From a virus, in IMG/VR virus record IMGVR_UViG_3300028549_003662, positions 82,099-146,098 of that record: 64,000 nucleotides of DNA. One strand, given 5' to 3'. The position numbers and the translations under genes are program-made. Positions 45,047-55,481 of this stretch are shown piece by piece (the first letter of the stretch is position 1; each line of letters begins with the position of its first letter). Below the pieces are notes generated by a model that was not told the DNA's origin, made no database searches, and saw only the letters and a program-made list of their open reading frames with translations.

Positions 45047-48000
45047 ATGAGCACGGAACTCGAAGGCGTCTCCAGTTCTTTTGAACTCATTCTCAAGAAC
45101 GCCGACAAGGTCAGCAAGCAACTCGACGACTTCGTCACTCAGGTCTCCGGGCTGGAGACCATCGAGATTGGCAAGAAGGGCGTCAAGCTCAATATCTCCG
45201 ACATCAAGAAGCAGGTCACGGCGCTCAAGAAGGACTTGGCGGCCAGCTTCCGCGATATCGGCAGCATGCAGATGGATACCAAAGGTGTCTTCGCCAACGG
45301 CCAGGAGGTCGGGGATGCTCTCGGCGAAGGCATTAAGAAGGCCGCGAAGGAGCGCCTTGCTGACGTTCAGGGCTATCTCGACAACGTCATGCGCTCCCTG
45401 GCTGACGCGCAGAAACTCGCCAGCGGTAAGACCGCAAGCCCGGCCAACATGGAGGCCTTCAAAAGCTCGCTGACCGCGGTTTCTGCCGAGATAGCGAACA
45501 TGCGCACGCTCCTTGTCGGTACCGAGAAGGAGATGCAAGCCCTCGCGGGACCGGGGACAGTCAGCGAGTTCACGCGCCTGAAGAAGATTTTCGGTGACGT
45601 CAACTCTGTTCTGGCAGAATTCAAGGGCGCCAGCGGCAAGGGCGTAATCGACCCCGCCTCTATGACCGCGATTACCTCGCAGGTCGATAAAACGCTTGCG
45701 TCCATGCAGACGCTGGATGTGAAGACCAGCGAGGTCTTCTCGAACATACAAAGCAAGCTGACCAACGTCGACGTGCCGAAGGAGCTCAACTTTGAGGCCG
45801 TCGGTACCGCCATTGTCAGCAACATTCACAGCGCGTTCACCAAGGTCAAGGCCGACACCAAAGAGGCCATGAAGGCGATGACGGATGCTGTGGAACAGAT
45901 CACGCTCGGCGACAAGCTGGCCGCGCAGATCATGTCCCCGAAAGTCGCCAACTCCCTGGTGCAGCTTCGCGAGAACATGGATGCCCTGCAGGCGAAGTCG
46001 GAGAAGATAGGCAGCTTGCGCGAAACCATGTCCGCAACCACAGATCCCAAGGCCTCCACAGCACTCGGCGCCGAGCTCAAGAAGGAGCTCGTCGAGGTCG
46101 AGAACCTGGCGCGTCGTGTCGCCAAGAGCAACATGGCGCTCAGCAACGAGTTCTTTGCGCAGGAGCGCGCCATGCTGACCAGCATGAGCACCGCTGCCAC
46201 GCAACTCAAGACGGACTTCCTCGCCAACTCCGCAGCCATCCAGCGCATCGCTGATGACACCATGCGCTTCAAGCAGGCTATTGGTGACTCCGTGACGAAG
46301 CTCGGCCTGGGCGTCGACGTGCTGAACCAGCAGGAGAACATCAACAAGAGCATCGTCAGCATCATCCGCGCTGGCGGTGAGGCCGAGGCCGGCGCTGTCG
46401 CGGAGATGGTGAAGGGCACCAACGCCTACAAGCAGACGATGGCCTACGCCGAGAAGCTCCACACCGCGGAGGCCGCCATCGTAGCCTCCAGGCTCACCGG
46501 TAATCAGGCACTCAGCATGGCGGCGTCGCTCATCAAGGAGCAGGTCAGCGCCTACAAGCAGGCTGCCATCATGGGGAGCGGGACGGAAGCCGTCACCGCC
46601 TTCGACAAGATGGTGGAGTCCAGCAAGCGCCTCGCCGCCGTAGGGTCTGAGATCAAGCTGCGCGAGAACATCATCGCCATGACGCAGTCCATCACCAGCG
46701 GTGGCGTTCCTGCCGTGGAGAAGCTCACCTCCTCCATCGCCATGTACGAGGCCACTTCCGGCAAGGCCTTCGGCAGCCAGAAGACCGAAGTGCGCATGGT
46801 GCGCACGCTGGTTGATGAACTCGCCAAGCGCTACGAGGCCCTGGGGACGGCTTCCACATCTTCCGCCAAGGCGCAGCAGCGCCAGGTCGCCGAGAGCATC
46901 AGCGCCATCTCCAGCACCATGCTGCAGCAGGGCACGGGCAAAGCCGACGAGAAGGCGTTCGCTGCCGCGCAGAAGCTCGCAGACACCAACCGCGAGGCAC
47001 TGGCGGTAGACCAGCTCCGCGCCAACTTCCAGGACGAGCTCATCGGGAAGTTCACCAAGATCCACGCCCTGCAGGTTGCGGGTGTTGACGTCGCGAAGAA
47101 CTACGGCCGCATGCAGGAACTCTACGTGCAGGCCGTGCAGCAGGGCGTTACCCTCGAAGAGAAGCTCGTCGCCAGGATCAAAGACCGCGCCACTGTGATG
47201 AGCAAGCTGGCCAGCGAAGTCGACGGCATGCGCAGCGCCGCCAGCGACAACTACCTTTTCCCGGCCGCGCAGATCAACCAGTTGAAGGGCATGGTGGAGA
47301 CGCTCACGCTGATGCGCGACATCCGCTCCAGCATGGACAAGAAGAACGCCGCGGCCACTGTGATCGGCGGGAAGACTGTCGACGTCGCCGCCCTGGACAA
47401 GGAGATCAAAGCCACCCAGGAGATCTTGCGTACGCGCGAGGCCGAGGTCAACGCTTCGCTGGAAGGTGAACGCGTGCACGCCGCCATTCTCGCTGTCCTC
47501 GACAAGCGCAAGGCGCTGGAGCAGGACATCGTCGAGACCCTCAAGGTCTCCAAGGAGATGGCCGCGGATACCCTCGGTGCCTACGACCGCTATATCGCTA
47601 TGGCGGACGCCCTGATTGTGACGACGCAGAAGGGCATCCCGATCCAGAAAGAACTGCTCAACATGGACGAGCAGCGCCGCATGGCCGTCAAGGAACTCTT
47701 CACGGAGTACAGCCGGCTCGCGGCGGCGCAGATTGAGAACAAGGGCGGCCCGCAGGAAGGCCTTAACGCCCTGCAGCGCCAGCGCGAGTTGCTGACCAAG
47801 ATCGCCAGTATCGTGGACCGTGACTACACCTTCCAGATGGACACCGGGAACGCCACCATCGGGATCGGCAACATCAACAAGCTGCTTGAGACCACCAACT
47901 CCAAGCTGGCCAAGCTGGATGAGCTCTGGAAGACCCAGGACAAGCTCTTCGGTAAGGCAGACAGCGAGGCCCTGCGGAGTGCGGCGCAGACCGTGCAGAA

Positions 48001-51000
48001 CATCCGTGCGGCCCTGCAGGACGTCGCCCCCACCATCGTTGGCGCCAGCAAGGGCTACGACAGCATGATCGACGCCGTGATGCGCGCCGACCTGGCGGTT
48101 GGGAAGTACGCGTCCAAGCTGCGCGCGCTGCACGGTGAGCAGTTGTCGAACTCCGCGTCGACAGCGAAACAGCGTGAGGAAACGCTTGCGCTCACCGTTG
48201 CCACTGAGCGCGAGATGGCCGTCATCCGTGGCCTGCAGAGCGCGCTCGGTGGCGCTGATGCCAAGCTCCGCACCGTCGGCAGCAGCATGACAGACGCCAC
48301 AACGGACCCGCAGGCGCTGACGGACAGACTCGCCGGAGATCCTAAGAAGCTGGCTGCGGTGCAGGAAGCCATGCAGCGCGTCATGACCTCCATGCGCAGC
48401 ATGAGTGACGTCAAGATCAGCAAGGGCACCGTCCTCGATGCGCTGAACACCGAGGCGCAGCAGTTCCTCGGCGTCGTCGACAACGTCATCACGTCCCTGC
48501 AGACCGTGGCGGCCGTGGCAGGCAAGGTCGACCTCACGAAGGTGGCCGTCACTCCGCAGCAGGGCGCTACTGCGCGTGCCGAGCAGGAGCAGCTCATCCT
48601 CAAGACCATTGAGAAGCAGTACACGGAGCTCCTGCAGGGCGTGAACGTCCTGGGGAACTGGGAGGCGCTGCAGAAGAACATCACCGAGGCCGCGCGCCAG
48701 GGCTACGACATCGGCAAGCAAAACATGGCGGTGCTGACCAGCCAGGAAGACATCTACCGCAAGATGTTCGAGACCGCCAAGTCTCTCTACAACACCGCCG
48801 CAACCGACGCCACCCAGCCCAAGTCGGCGCGCGTTGCTGCGCTCGAACAGAGCTTGAAGCTCCTGCAGGCGCTCAAGGCCGCTGAAGGTGACATGCCCAA
48901 TGGCGTGCCCGGCGGAATGGACTTCACCAAGACCATCGAAGACGCGGAAAAGCTGCGGGCCACGTTCGGAACCGAGCTCCCCTCTGCTTTGGAGAAGCTG
49001 ACCGCTGAAGCCGCGCGCCTGGAGGAAGTGCTTCGCAAGGCCATCGGCGCCGCAGCCAGCCCCGGCGCCTCCACGACGAACTTCACCACGATGCAGAAGG
49101 GCATCGAAGGCGCTGTTGCGGCGCTGAACACGCTGAAGGCCGACACCAGCGACACAGCGGCGTACTCCGCTGCCTCCACCAGCATCCAGGACGTCATCGC
49201 CGGGCTGCAGAAGTGGCGGGCCGAGCAGGAAAAGCTGAACACCAACGACGGTGAGGTGACGGAAGAGTTCAAGCGCACTTCGGCCACCCTGGACAACATC
49301 GTCAACCGCATGGCGAATTGGGTGGAGAAGAACAGCGAGCTGCGCGCCGCTGGAGGAAACACCAACTACGCCACCGCGCAGACTGACATCAAGGGAATCG
49401 TCCAGGCACTTGGCCAGTGGAAGGACACCCAGGGGCAGGTGTTCACCGCGGCGCAGTCCGGCGCAGTGTTCGATAAGACCGCTGTCAGCATGGACCGCAT
49501 CATCGGGCACCTGCAGGACTGGAAGCGCATCCAGGACGAGATCTACAAGGACGGCGCGAACAGCGGCCGCGATGCTGACGAGCTCACCACACAGCGCGCG
49601 AAGGTGCGCGAGGCCGAGCACCTGCTGAGCCTGATGCAGCAGATGAAAGCGGTGTCGGACAAGATCTCCGTGAAGACGGCTTCTGTCGGTGTCGACAGCA
49701 GCGTTCTCGGATCTGCGGCCGGTGCGGCGCAACTCGCCGCAGCCACCAAAGAGACGCCTAAGCTGTACATGGACGTCGTGAAGGCCAGCCAGGAGTTCAG
49801 TGGCCTCCTCGCCCTCATGGAGAAGGCTGTCGGGAAGTCCAGCAGCCTCGGCGACGTCTTCAAGACCTACAGCCCCAGCCTGCAGACCGCGAAGACTGAC
49901 ATCGACAACGTGAACTCCACGTTGTCGAAGTACGCGGCAGGTAAGGCGCGTGCTGCCGCGAACAGCGCCGGAAGCAGCATCTTCGACGTCGCGCGCATGT
50001 CCTGGTTCATCCAGCTCCGCTCGTTCTGGTCGATGTACATGGGCGTCACCCAGACCATCACTGCCGTCACCGAGTACACGCACACCCTGGCGGTCATGAA
50101 GGCCACCACGGAGTCTTCTGCAAAGTCGATGGCCGCGATGGATAACAAGTTCATGTCCTTGGGGCAGAACGTCCCCATTGCGACAACGAAGATCGCTGAA
50201 GCAGCCTTGGAAGTAGCCAAGGCCGGTATGGACGCCGAGGACACGATCAAGATCATCGAGTCCGCAACGAAGCTCGCGCACGCCACCAAGGCCGACATCA
50301 CGATGGTCGCGGATGTCATCACAGTGTCCCTGACCGCGTGGGGGCAGTCTGCAGATAAGGCTGCCGAGATCTCTGACATGATGTTCTCGGCGATGTCTAA
50401 GTCCCGCGCCAGCATGGAAGGCATGCAGCAGGCGATGGGCTACCTCTCCGGTATCGCCCCGCAGGCCAACGTCAGTATCCAAGAGACACTCGGCCTGCTT
50501 GCCGTGCTCACCAACGCCGGTCTCAGCATGTCCAAGGCCGCCACGTACTCCCGCCAGGTCTTGAACGACCTCATGAACCCCAGCGCTAAGCTGGTGAGCA
50601 TCCTTGGATCGCTTGGTGTGAGTGTCCGTGAAGTCGACCCTCGCTTCCACAGCCTCGCGAAGATATTCAAGCGTCTTGCGGATGCCGGCATGAACGTCTC
50701 CCAGGCCTTCGAGGGCATGAGCGTGCGCGGCGCCAACGCATTCAGCGTCGCGCTGTCCAACGCTGACAAGCTCGAAGAGTTCACCGAGAGTCTTGAGGGC
50801 AACGGGGCGCTGCTTCGCGAGTACGGCGCCACCACCCAGGACGTTGCCTCGCAGTTCACACTGCTGATGAACTCCTTCACCGCACTTGGGAACGCCATTA
50901 AGAACGGCGGCGGCGAGTTCCTTATGGGCGTCATGGATGGTGTCCGTGATACCGTTTACGGCGTAATCGCGGTCATCAATATGCTGCGTGATGCTCTTGG

Positions 51001-54000
51001 TGAAGCCGACGTTCCGACACGCGCGTTCGCCAGAAACCTTACGAAGCTGCTAATCGTCGTTGGAACCGGGGTTATGCTGCTGAAGCTCGCGACGTTCTTG
51101 GGCACACTCACTGCCGGGCTTACTGCGGCATCCGGCGCGACAGGTGTTCTTACTGTGGCATGGACGCGATTCATCGCTGTCATATCCGCGCACCCGCTTG
51201 TCGCGCTGGCCACCGCAGCCGCCGCAGTCGTGACCATGATCGCGAGTCAGTCCAACACGATGAGCGAGTCCGTGGAAAAAATGGCGGAAAAGATTGCGCA
51301 GCTTCGCGAAGAGATAAACAAGCTCGCAAAGCTGAAGTTGCAAGAGAGCGCCGATGTCGGCATGTTGCAGCGCGCCGGTGCCGCGCGTGTAGCTGTGTCT
51401 GAGAACAAGTTGAGTACGGAGCCAGAGCGCGAAAACGCAGCAGCGAGTTTCCGCGGGGCCATGAACGTAATCATGCAGACCGGAAACGATGAAGCGAAGA
51501 CACTTGCGCACAAGATCCTGGACGCTATGCCGTCTGCGAAAGATGGCGCAGACGTCTGGAAGAAATTCTTCAAGAGCGCCTTTGCACAGATCGACGAAAT
51601 TAAGGGCGCATCCGCAGAGTTGGTGAAGAGCATTGCGAGCAAGGATAAGGAGCTCGTCGAGAAGGCCAAGGGAAACCTCAATGCTATATCTGCGAACATC
51701 AATACCCCTGAAGCTGATGAGATGCTCGCGGACATCACCAAGCTCTACCAGCGCAAGTCTTCGCAGAATAATCTGCTCAACGGCACAGGGATTGACACCG
51801 ACAGCAATTCTTGGACGCGGATGTTCGACTACGGAAAAGTCAACGAGGAGCGGGGCGAGAAGGCCGCGGACATCTTCGGAAAGAATGTCACCGCCAGCGT
51901 TTTGCAACTCAAGGAGCTCGTAGACGGGCTCGGCGAGTCGCAAGAAGCGCAGAAGTTCGTAGACTCCGTGGCGACCGCCTACCAGGGTCTCGCCGCGAAA
52001 CTGAAGGACGTGTCTGCAGAGCTCAAGGCCACGAACCGGAACATACCCGCTTCCATACTCGACGCGCAGAACGCCATAAACAAGGTTCTGGAAAAGAAAA
52101 AGAAGTGGGAGGGCAAAGATCTCCCAACCGTCGATACGCGCGCGGCGGACACCATCAAGTCCTTCGGTATCGTGCCTGATAAGGCGAGCGCGCAGGATGA
52201 CATGGACGTCCTTACCGACATCAGCGCCGCGCTGAAGGACGTCAGCGTACAAGCCGCCAACCTCAAGAGCGTCGATGAAATCGGCATGCTCACCGGCGGC
52301 GCTATGGACGCGGCCAAGAAAAAGATCAATCAGGTTGGCGATGCACTTGCGAATGTCATGGAGCGCATCGCGGTGTCGAAGCGCACGCTGTCCTCCATGC
52401 CGGCAGAGGAAGCCAAGAACGTCATCGACTCCGTGAAGTCTCTGTGGCAGGCCACGCGCAGCCAGATGACGCTTGGCGACGACGATGGCTTGCTCAAGGT
52501 CGACCAGCTTGTGTCTAAGGTGCAGGCACTCGCCGCCAAGCTGCGCCTTGACCCTGCCAAGCTCGGAAAGATGCTGAAGCTGGGCAAGGACGCGCTGCCG
52601 TCCATACGCGGAGAGGCCAAGGAAGGCGCGCTGGACTCCTACGGCGACCTGCAGGGCAAGATCAGCGACACCGCTGCATCACAAACTCTGATGGACCGCT
52701 CCGGTATGTTCAGCCCAGAGGACATCAACGCCGTCAGCGAGGTGCTCGCTAGCCTTATCAAGACGCAGTTCGCCTACATCAACTCCATGATGAAGACCAA
52801 GTACGCCGTCGAGAACGCCAAGTTGGGTTTCAACGAGCTCAGCGACGCGATGACGTATCTGCGCGAACAGTTCGGGGAGAAGCTCGACACCGCCGATTAC
52901 ACCGAGCCCGCGTACAGCATGGCCACGCTTCTCACGGATTCCTACTTCAGCATGCGCAAGGAGATGAAGCAATCCATTCTCAGCTTGAACGAGGTCAGGG
53001 ACAGCGTGGAGTCCACCAACCTCGAATACGCCAAGCTCGGCGCCATCACTGGGAAGAACGCGAAGCAATCGCGCGCGCTGGCGACCTCGTACTCCACGAT
53101 GGCCGGGACCGTCACTTCACAGATGAGCACCGCGCAGAGCAAGATCGAAGCCTCCTTGAGCGCCATCAAGGAACTCGACACCAAGATGCGCTCGCTGCAC
53201 CAGTCCATGCTGGACAGCGAAAGCCAATTCCTGGCTAAGGTGAAGGCGATACGGGACTCGCTGCGCAACCCCGACGACTCCATGAAGATCAGCGTGGAGA
53301 ACATCAACAAGCAGAGCTTGGACGTCTCCAGCAAGATCAACGCCGGCATGCGCGGGGAGGATCTCGAATCCTCGCTGGCCACGCTGCGTGATGCCTTCGT
53401 GGAGATGGCTTCGCAGTACAAGTTCCAGCCTCAGTCTGTCGGCTACCTCGCTGAAGCTGAGAAGCTGCAGAAGACTATCTCCGACATGCAGCAGGCGCGC
53501 ATGTCTGATCTCAAGCTGCAGAGCGACATGGCGAAGCTCAACCAGACTATCCAGACCACCATCTACATGAAGCTCGACAAGACCCTCAGCGGCTTGATGG
53601 AAGTGCTGACCAAGCTCAACACCTCCATTTCCAACTTTGGCAAGCCGGTGTCGTCCACTTCCCTGGGAAGCAAGGCCACCGCGCTCCCGACCGTGCAGAG
53701 CGGCGACACGCAGTTCTTGAAGATGATTAAGATGGTCGAGAGCAGCGGCGACATGAACGCGCTGAACAAGAAGTCCGGCGCGCGCGGTAGCATGCAAGTC
53801 ATGCCCGCCACGCTGCGTCAGCCCGGATACGATGTGCGGCCGGCAAAGGATGCGTACGACCCGAAGGAGCAGCAGCGCGTCGGTATCGACCTCATGAACG
53901 CCTTCCTCAAGAAGTACAACGGCGACGTCGTGCAGGCCATCTCCGCGTACAACTACGGCCCCGGAGTCACGGACAGCCTGCTGCGCAAGGTCGGTGCCTC

Positions 54001-55468
54001 TCCGGGCGATGCGTCCAAGAACGAGCAACTCATCCAGCTTCTGCCGCAGGAAACGAAGGACTACATCGACAAGGTGGCGGCGATGATGGACAAGGCCGGG
54101 CGCCTTGTGCCGGAGAAGGTCGCGGCCGCCGTCGGTGAGGTTCCCCAGGCTGCAGGCAAAGCCGCTGCGCCTGCTTCTGGTGCTGCTACGGCTCCTGTTG
54201 CAGCGATAACCGGCGGCGCCGTGGAAGGTGATCTCGCGACACTCATTGAGCGCTACAACGCCATGCAGGAAAAGCGTCTCGCTATTGAAGCGGAGTCGGA
54301 GAAACTTGTTGGAGACATTGCGGAAGCGCGCAAGAACAGCGGGCTCGACGAGACAGCGAGCGCTATAGGCACCGCACGGGAAGCCCTCTACAAGTTCAAT
54401 ACGGCCTTGGGTGAAACCAAAGACATCACCGTGAACACCGCGGTGTCTATGTTCACGAGCATCAAGGACAGCATGGCCAATGTGATGACGGAGGCCACGC
54501 GCATACTCGTCACCGGAGAAGGCGACATCGACGCCGTCTTTGACAGCCTCTACTGGACGCTCCTCGACGCCTACTTCAAGATGATGACCGACCTGGCCAC
54601 CAAGATGGTCGTCGAGAACTTCTTGAAGACGTCCGCTGTCACTGCTGGAGCCGGCCTCGGCGTGACTGCGGCCGGAGATGCTGCCGGTGCCGCTGCAAAC
54701 TCCGGCATGCTCACTGCCGCCACAACGCTGCAGACCGCCGCGACGCAGCAAGGGGCGAACGCCGCGCAAGAAGCCGTAAACGTCGGCCAAGAGGCGATAA
54801 ATAATCAGGCGGACAGCACGCAACTGATAAACGAGGGCATCACAAATACCGCGCTGCAGACGGCGGCGGTAAACCACCAACTGGCCGCCGGAGACCTTAA
54901 TTTTGCCGCTATGGCGCTCACCCAGGCCGCCACAGCACTGATGACGTCTGGTGGTGGAGGAAAGCCCGCGCCGGAAGGCGGAAGTGGCGGCGGGATAACC
55001 GGCATGCTCGCAGGCATGGTGGCCAACTTCTTCCCCGGCTCCCACACCGGTGGTCTGCAGCTTCCCGGATACGATACTGGTGGCCTCACCACACAGGGGA
55101 ACCGCCAGAAGGACTCCATGCTTGCCGCGCTCACGAAAGGTGAGTTCGTCGTGCAGGAGCCCACCGTGAACAAGTACGGTGTTGAGTTCTTCAACGCCTT
55201 GAACGCAGGCAAAGCCCAGGAAGCCTTCGACAAGCTCCCTGGCATATCGGACGTTGCTCCCATGAACGAGAGCAGTTTCAAGGCTCCGCAGTCGGCAGCT
55301 ACCGCAAGCCCAAATACTGGACAGCCTAATACGTCTTCGGGTAAGCCTTCTGTGAGCATCACCAACCTGGTGGACCCCAAGGTCGTCGAGCGCTACTTGA
55401 CAACCGACAGGGGTAAGAACGTCGTCAGAAACGTGGTGAGCAGTTCCTCATACTTCAGTCGCAAATAG
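45047..55468 (+). CDS. Tape measure protein (3473 aa) with a TP901-type core and a lytic transglycosylase domain
   Basis: Ala/Lys-rich helical sequence; core IAEAALEVAKAG...LTNAGL..SKAAT; SLT motifs MVESSG...ARGSMQVMPAT...AYNYGPG...ETKDYIDKV (about 53710-54085); C-terminal LTKGEFVV. Confidence 0.95.
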   Translation: MSTELEGVSSSFELILKNADKVSKQLDDFVTQVSGLETIEIGKKGVKLNISDIKKQVTALKKDLAASFRDIGSMQMDTKGVFANGQEVGDALGEGIKKAAKERLADVQGYLDNVMRSLADAQKLASGKTASPANMEAFKSSLTAVSAEIANMRTLLVGTEKEMQALAGPGTVSEFTRLKKIFGDVNSVLAEFKGASGKGVIDPASMTAITSQVDKTLASMQTLDVKTSEVFSNIQSKLTNVDVPKELNFEAVGTAIVSNIHSAFTKVKADTKEAMKAMTDAVEQITLGDKLAAQIMSPKVANSLVQLRENMDALQAKSEKIGSLRETMSATTDPKASTALGAELKKELVEVENLARRVAKSNMALSNEFFAQERAMLTSMSTAATQLKTDFLANSAAIQRIADDTMRFKQAIGDSVTKLGLGVDVLNQQENINKSIVSIIRAGGEAEAGAVAEMVKGTNAYKQTMAYAEKLHTAEAAIVASRLTGNQALSMAASLIKEQVSAYKQAAIMGSGTEAVTAFDKMVESSKRLAAVGSEIKLRENIIAMTQSITSGGVPAVEKLTSSIAMYEATSGKAFGSQKTEVRMVRTLVDELAKRYEALGTASTSSAKAQQRQVAESISAISSTMLQQGTGKADEKAFAAAQKLADTNREALAVDQLRANFQDELIGKFTKIHALQVAGVDVAKNYGRMQELYVQAVQQGVTLEEKLVARIKDRATVMSKLASEVDGMRSAASDNYLFPAAQINQLKGMVETLTLMRDIRSSMDKKNAAATVIGGKTVDVAALDKEIKATQEILRTREAEVNASLEGERVHAAILAVLDKRKALEQDIVETLKVSKEMAADTLGAYDRYIAMADALIVTTQKGIPIQKELLNMDEQRRMAVKELFTEYSRLAAAQIENKGGPQEGLNALQRQRELLTKIASIVDRDYTFQMDTGNATIGIGNINKLLETTNSKLAKLDELWKTQDKLFGKADSEALRSAAQTVQNIRAALQDVAPTIVGASKGYDSMIDAVMRADLAVGKYASKLRALHGEQLSNSASTAKQREETLALTVATEREMAVIRGLQSALGGADAKLRTVGSSMTDATTDPQALTDRLAGDPKKLAAVQEAMQRVMTSMRSMSDVKISKGTVLDALNTEAQQFLGVVDNVITSLQTVAAVAGKVDLTKVAVTPQQGATARAEQEQLILKTIEKQYTELLQGVNVLGNWEALQKNITEAARQGYDIGKQNMAVLTSQEDIYRKMFETAKSLYNTAATDATQPKSARVAALEQSLKLLQALKAAEGDMPNGVPGGMDFTKTIEDAEKLRATFGTELPSALEKLTAEAARLEEVLRKAIGAAASPGASTTNFTTMQKGIEGAVAALNTLKADTSDTAAYSAASTSIQDVIAGLQKWRAEQEKLNTNDGEVTEEFKRTSATLDNIVNRMANWVEKNSELRAAGGNTNYATAQTDIKGIVQALGQWKDTQGQVFTAAQSGAVFDKTAVSMDRIIGHLQDWKRIQDEIYKDGANSGRDADELTTQRAKVREAEHLLSLMQQMKAVSDKISVKTASVGVDSSVLGSAAGAAQLAAATKETPKLYMDVVKASQEFSGLLALMEKAVGKSSSLGDVFKTYSPSLQTAKTDIDNVNSTLSKYAAGKARAAANSAGSSIFDVARMSWFIQLRSFWSMYMGVTQTITAVTEYTHTLAVMKATTESSAKSMAAMDNKFMSLGQNVPIATTKIAEAALEVAKAGMDAEDTIKIIESATKLAHATKADITMVADVITVSLTAWGQSADKAAEISDMMFSAMSKSRASMEGMQQAMGYLSGIAPQANVSIQETLGLLAVLTNAGLSMSKAATYSRQVLNDLMNPSAKLVSILGSLGVSVREVDPRFHSLAKIFKRLADAGMNVSQAFEGMSVRGANAFSVALSNADKLEEFTESLEGNGALLREYGATTQDVASQFTLLMNSFTALGNAIKNGGGEFLMGVMDGVRDTVYGVIAVINMLRDALGEADVPTRAFARNLTKLLIVVGTGVMLLKLATFLGTLTAGLTAASGATGVLTVAWTRFIAVISAHPLVALATAAAAVVTMIASQSNTMSESVEKMAEKIAQLREEINKLAKLKLQESADVGMLQRAGAARVAVSENKLSTEPERENAAASFRGAMNVIMQTGNDEAKTLAHKILDAMPSAKDGADVWKKFFKSAFAQIDEIKGASAELVKSIASKDKELVEKAKGNLNAISANINTPEADEMLADITKLYQRKSSQNNLLNGTGIDTDSNSWTRMFDYGKVNEERGEKAADIFGKNVTASVLQLKELVDGLGESQEAQKFVDSVATAYQGLAAKLKDVSAELKATNRNIPASILDAQNAINKVLEKKKKWEGKDLPTVDTRAADTIKSFGIVPDKASAQDDMDVLTDISAALKDVSVQAANLKSVDEIGMLTGGAMDAAKKKINQVGDALANVMERIAVSKRTLSSMPAEEAKNVIDSVKSLWQATRSQMTLGDDDGLLKVDQLVSKVQALAAKLRLDPAKLGKMLKLGKDALPSIRGEAKEGALDSYGDLQGKISDTAASQTLMDRSGMFSPEDINAVSEVLASLIKTQFAYINSMMKTKYAVENAKLGFNELSDAMTYLREQFGEKLDTADYTEPAYSMATLLTDSYFSMRKEMKQSILSLNEVRDSVESTNLEYAKLGAITGKNAKQSRALATSYSTMAGTVTSQMSTAQSKIEASLSAIKELDTKMRSLHQSMLDSESQFLAKVKAIRDSLRNPDDSMKISVENINKQSLDVSSKINAGMRGEDLESSLATLRDAFVEMASQYKFQPQSVGYLAEAEKLQKTISDMQQARMSDLKLQSDMAKLNQTIQTTIYMKLDKTLSGLMEVLTKLNTSISNFGKPVSSTSLGSKATALPTVQSGDTQFLKMIKMVESSGDMNALNKKSGARGSMQVMPATLRQPGYDVRPAKDAYDPKEQQRVGIDLMNAFLKKYNGDVVQAISAYNYGPGVTDSLLRKVGASPGDASKNEQLIQLLPQETKDYIDKVAAMMDKAGRLVPEKVAAAVGEVPQAAGKAAAPASGAATAPVAAITGGAVEGDLATLIERYNAMQEKRLAIEAESEKLVGDIAEARKNSGLDETASAIGTAREALYKFNTALGETKDITVNTAVSMFTSIKDSMANVMTEATRILVTGEGDIDAVFDSLYWTLLDAYFKMMTDLATKMVVENFLKTSAVTAGAGLGVTAAGDAAGAAANSGMLTAATTLQTAATQQGANAAQEAVNVGQEAINNQADSTQLINEGITNTALQTAAVNHQLAAGDLNFAAMALTQAATALMTSGGGGKPAPEGGSGGGITGMLAGMVANFFPGSHTGGLQLPGYDTGGLTTQGNRQKDSMLAALTKGEFVVQEPTVNKYGVEFFNALNAGKAQEAFDKLPGISDVAPMNESSFKAPQSAATASPNTGQPNTSSGKPSVSITNLVDPKVVERYLTTDRGKNVVRNVVSSSSYFSRK

Positions 55469-55481
55469 GGAGACAAGTGCA

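Noticed and set aside
44909-50650. 1913-aa antisense ORF, and similar long antisense ORFs at 2433, 10186, 12073, 21868, 28605, 36142, 41325, 53117 and 55917
   Set aside because: These are shadows of real genes with strong G/C-ending codon bias; they have no RBS or recognisable motifs.
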